DNA of 64,000 nucleotides from Emiliania huxleyi CCMP1516 (lineage: Eukaryota), in the NCBI RefSeq assembly GCF_000372725.1, contig NW_005202176.1, positions 229,152-293,151 of the forward strand. Reading direction: 5' to 3'. This document shows positions 60,261 to 64,000 of this stretch, in pieces. The notes under the pieces were generated by a model that saw only the letters and a list, made by a program, of their open reading frames with translations, did not search any database and was not told where the DNA came from. Both the position numbers and the translations under genes were made by a program. Every line of letters begins with the position of its first letter. Within the stretch, counting starts at the first letter, position 1.

Positions 60261-61493
60261 ACGCGGAGGTTTCTCTTTTTTTCTCCGCTTTTCTTCACTG
60301 GATTAGAGAAACAGATCTTCCAAACTCGGTGTCGAACCACCAGCCCGACGCTCACTACAAGTGACAGCGGGTTGCACACAGACACAGTGTTCGAACCAAA
60401 ATCCAAAAAGACAGAAATCGGTCTCAGCCCTACCTGGCCGTTCTATATTATAGAATGGCATCCTATAATGTAGAATGGCGTCTCGCGCGCGCTCACCCGG
60501 CCGCCTCGCAGCCCCAGCGGCCGGGGGGCGCTTGCCGGGGTTGAGGCTGGTCACACACAGGCGCCACTTTAACGCGGCGAGCCAGAGGAGTCACACAGGA
60601 GAGCCCCCAACATGCCACATTTTCAGCAGCAGACGGGCCGCGGTGAGGGCCCATTCTACATCGAAGAATGGGGTCCGCCGCCGTCCCCCACGGCCTCCTC
60701 ACGCCCCCAGCGGCAGCGTGCCGCTCGGCCAGACTGGTGGGGTTCGCGGCAAGCGCCAGTTCAACACAGAGAAGCCCAACAGTCCGCAAATGAGAGTCAT
60801 CCCCCCCGCCCCGGCAAACCAGAGCAGACGCCGGGGGCCGCGTATGGCGAAAGCAAACGCACGACGGCCGCCGGCAGCCGTTGAGCCGCTGCCGCCGTTC
60901 GAGCCTTGGATGTCCGTCCGTCGCCGCCTGTGGCGAGGGCAGTGGAAGTGTGAGATTTGTGCTCGCAAGTGGTGGGCGGGCGAAAGGGTCGGGCGGCAGA
61001 AGTGAGCAGACAGCGCGAATGCGGTCTACCTATGTCACATCTACTCCTCGTGTCACCTAGTCATGGTCCTCGCTTCCCTGCCCGGTCTCCGAGTCCTGCG
61101 CCTCGCCTGAGTCCTCGTCCAAGTTCGAGTAGTCCTCTCCTCGTCTCTTCGTCCTCGTCTTCGTCCTCTTCGTCGATCTCGTCGAGCCGGGTGGCTGGTC
61201 GCGGCGGCGGGGAGACCTCCTGCGCTCCCCAGGCGGCCTCACCGGAGCCTGCGGCGTGCTTGGGCCTGGCAGGGGGCGGTAGGGGGTGCGCTCAGTACAG
61301 TCGGGGGCCTGCACGCGCGGAAACGCGAAAAAAGAAACGCACTTTTCGGGCTGGATGTCGCGGGGGAGGGTGACTGCACCAAAACCCGCGAAGAATCGAG
61401 AAGGGAACTTGAGATTGGCCTGCGCCGCATTTAGATATCTAGTGTCCAGTGGTCGAATTGTGTCGGCGGGCCGAGTGTCGTTTCGCCTCTGTC

Positions 61494-61637
61494 GTTGGGG
61501 ACCCTCTGAGGCCAAAATCAGCCAAGAGAGGCCACAGAGGCGGCACAGAGTCAGAGTCAAACCCTCTGTGCCGCCAAGCAAGCCAGGGGTCCGACCCATC
61601 CTCAGAGGGGGGTCTGAGGCCTCAGAGCGTCTACAAC
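61494..61637. mobile_element. Possible small MITE/foldback
   Basis: GTTGGGGACCCTCTGAGGCC ... GGCCTCAGAGCGTCTACAAC imperfect 20-bp inverted repeat; internal CAGAGG/CTCTG motifs. Confidence 0.45.
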
Positions 61638-62833
61638 CCCCTAGTTATACATCACGCAAAGAAAAAATAAAGGAGCTGCGTGGCGGTGCCGTCCTTCTCG
61701 GTTGTCCGTTTTCTTTCTCTCTTTTCTCAGGGTGTATTTCCGTAAGCTTTTCAGATATTACTTCTCACGTTATATCATCTTTCGTGATCCAATGCTTCTT
61801 CTTGCATCAGTCGTGAAATCTCCGCGGATAGCCTAGTGAATGGTTGGGTAGTAGGGCTAGAGGGTCGCTCTACACTTAGCCTCTGCAGCGAGCAAGCGCT
61901 CAACTTAGCCCCCGCACGGAGCCGGGCTCGGACTTAGACGCTGTATGGTCGGGGGCCATGAACTTAGACGGCACAAGGCCAAATCCGGGTAAAACCCGGG
62001 TATACCTGCAAAAGTCCAGGTTTACCCGAAAAATACCTGGACGCGTCCCGACCAACGTATGCCGCGCACGACGCCATATCGCCTTGTCCCAGGGCCAGTG
62101 CGCTACTTGCGGCGCGCAACTCCTGCTCAAGTACGCGCACCGTACCATGTGCTGCCGCTATGCGTGCCTTAAGGCGGCTGCGGCGAAGCGGCGGGCGCGG
62201 CATGCCGATGGCAGTGCGGACGATGCGGTTGCGATGTGTTCTGCTTCAAGATCGTGGCGGTGCTTGGCATGCACTTGTGCGATCCCAATCAGCTCATCGC
62301 AACGCGAAGCAGCGCAACAAGCTGGCTGCTGCCAACAAGGCCCTATGCTAGATCTACCTCACGCGCGGATCGTTCAAAGAGGACCAGCATACACAGGCTT
62401 CTCTGACATGCGTTTGTTTGAGCTTGAGGCTATTTATGTGAGAAATGTTTGGCTAGAGATTGCGCTCAAGAAGAGCAACGAGAATCGGAAGAGGAGGATG
62501 CTGAGGCGGCGATTGCTGAGGCATGAGGAGGATCGATCCGGATTAGAAGGCGCCCGCCGCAGGCGAAGAAAATTTGGGGGCTAGCGCCGTATCGTTGATC
62601 ACGGTGGGAGCCTCTTGGCCCCAGGCTGTGCCACGGCCGACTTAGCCGATGTAAGAGGCTCTCGCTGATCTTAGACCGCGTAAGCACCCCAGCGTGACTA
62701 GTCACACTTAGACCCGCTCAGCCTCGAGGCTCAGAACTTAGACTACTACCCAACCAGTGCCTAGTGTGACGCCCAGCGAGGGGCGTGCCTCTCCATGACC
62801 GTACCGCCCACGCACCCGACGGTGCGTGGAGCA

Positions 62834-64000
62834 CTATAGCCCCCCTTCTAGCGGAGTGCACCCGTAGTGGCCGCGGCCCTCTCGCACTCCAAAGCGCAGG
62901 TAGTGTCTTCTGAGAGCGACGACCTGGCAGATTCCGCCCGGGCAAAATTTCGCACGGAGATCCGCGTTGCGTGCAGCGTAGCACGTCGCGGCCTCCCGTT
63001 GGCGTTTCCGGCGGGCCTCCTGCTCGACCGGAGCTTCGGAGCAGCCGTAGGAGCGGTTCTCTCTCCGCCCGCTGTCCAGGTAATGACGATGGAGTGCGTC
63101 GCTCTTTCCGTCGCAGTCGCCGGACCCGCACAAAAGAGCGCGGACGTCCGCGTAGCGCGCGGCGTAGCACGCCGCGGCCGCGTCGCGCATTTCCTCGTGC
63201 AGGATCGCGAGGGCCTCGACCGGTGTTTGGCCGCACCCGAAGAAGCGACCCTCGCTTTGCCCGCGGCTCCGGTAGTGGCGATGGAGCGCGGCGGCCTTCC
63301 CGTCGCAGCCGCTTGCGCCGCACGCGAGCGCGCGGGCGTCCTCGTAGCGCGCCGCGTAGCACGCCGCGGCCGCCTCGATCGCTCTCGCGGTCGCCGACGG
63401 ATCTGATGGCTGCACACTCCGTCGGCACGCCTGGTGGCTGTGGAAGACGCCGTGGGATTGGGCTCGGCAGAGGTTTGGTTGAGATCCGGCCGCCCAGAGC
63501 GTCGCACCGCCGCTCCGGGTCGCGGCGTCCAGGGCGAGCGTGGTCCGCGCCTCGGCGATGTCCCGGACGAATTCCGGCCTGGACGAGCGGCCGCCCCGCC
63601 AGCCGCTGTGGTTGATCGCGTCGACCCGCGCGGCGAGCACGTCCGTGTTCAAGAAGTACTCCGTCGGGATCGACGACCACTTAGGGTACGAATTGGGGAG
63701 CCTGCACACCCACGCGACGAGGCTCGAGCGGGCGTCGGCCATGCGCGCCGCGAGCGGGGCGGGGTCCAGGAATAACACGTCGGGGTTCGCCCGTACGACC
63801 CACTCGTAGCCGCCCAGCCACGCCTCGCGCGCCGCGACCAGCAGGGGCGCGATCGCGCCCGCCTGGTGGCCCGGGTTCCACCGCGTCCACGCGAGGCTCA
63901 CGTTCCGGTTCGGCAGGCGCCGCAACGCGTCGACCCACGGGGACGCGCGGGGTTCGGCGATCTGCGTTTCGCCGTCGCCGGGAGCCTTGAACCTGGTCCG
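62834..64000 (-). CDS. Protein with a glycosyltransferase-like segment and three CYxxRYxD..HY..GxxExR repeats (5' partial)
   Basis: YEWVVRANPDVLF motif; three ~58-aa repeats such as AAACYAARYEDAR..ALHRHYRSRGQSEGRFFGC. Confidence 0.65.
   Translation of the reverse strand, partial: RTRFKAPGDGETQIAEPRASPWVDALRRLPNRNVSLAWTRWNPGHQAGAIAPLLVAAREAWLGGYEWVVRANPDVLFLDPAPLAARMADARSSLVAWVCRLPNSYPKWSSIPTEYFLNTDVLAARVDAINHSGWRGGRSSRPEFVRDIAEARTTLALDAATRSGGATLWAAGSQPNLCRAQSHGVFHSHQACRRSVQPSDPSATARAIEAAAACYAARYEDARALACGASGCDGKAAALHRHYRSRGQSEGRFFGCGQTPVEALAILHEEMRDAAAACYAARYADVRALLCGSGDCDGKSDALHRHYLDSGRRENRSYGCSEAPVEQEARRKRQREAATCYAARNADLRAKFCPGGICQVVALRRHYLRFGVREGRGHYGCTPLEGGL

Noticed and set aside
61958..62584. 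Cys-rich 208-aa ORF
   Set aside because: Atypical codon usage and no motif I can assign

Overview
Very GC-rich eukaryotic DNA with many GC-AG introns, 10-11 bp minisatellite introns, TTAGGG-type repeats and a fucoxanthin LHCX gene. It is most consistent with a haptophyte (Emiliania/Gephyrocapsa-like); this is inferred, not proven. Recognisable genes: Hikeshi/OPI10, LHCX, Trx-like 2Fe-2S ferredoxin+TPR, bestrophin, RecQ, PI4-kinase, ArfGAP, two ankyrin proteins, RRP45, U-box/ARM E3, a PhyH-cupin fusion, PDZ-fibrillin and a TMEM135-like protein. The most striking region (~24.7-50.3 kb) looks like a phosphate sensing/response neighbourhood. It holds (1) a ~2,700-aa secreted protein of six tandem bacterial-type beta-helix domains, (2) a single-pass receptor with two PstS domains outside and F-box + viral-type ankyrin repeats inside, (3) a convergent SPX-RING-Zn2Cys6 gene whose DNA-binding domain only appears after splicing, and (4) a divergent U-box/ARM E3. 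Intergenic DNA carries several MITEs with TIR/TSD, short retroelement ends with TSDs, and a satellite plus interstitial telomere block. Exon boundaries were inferred by eye.
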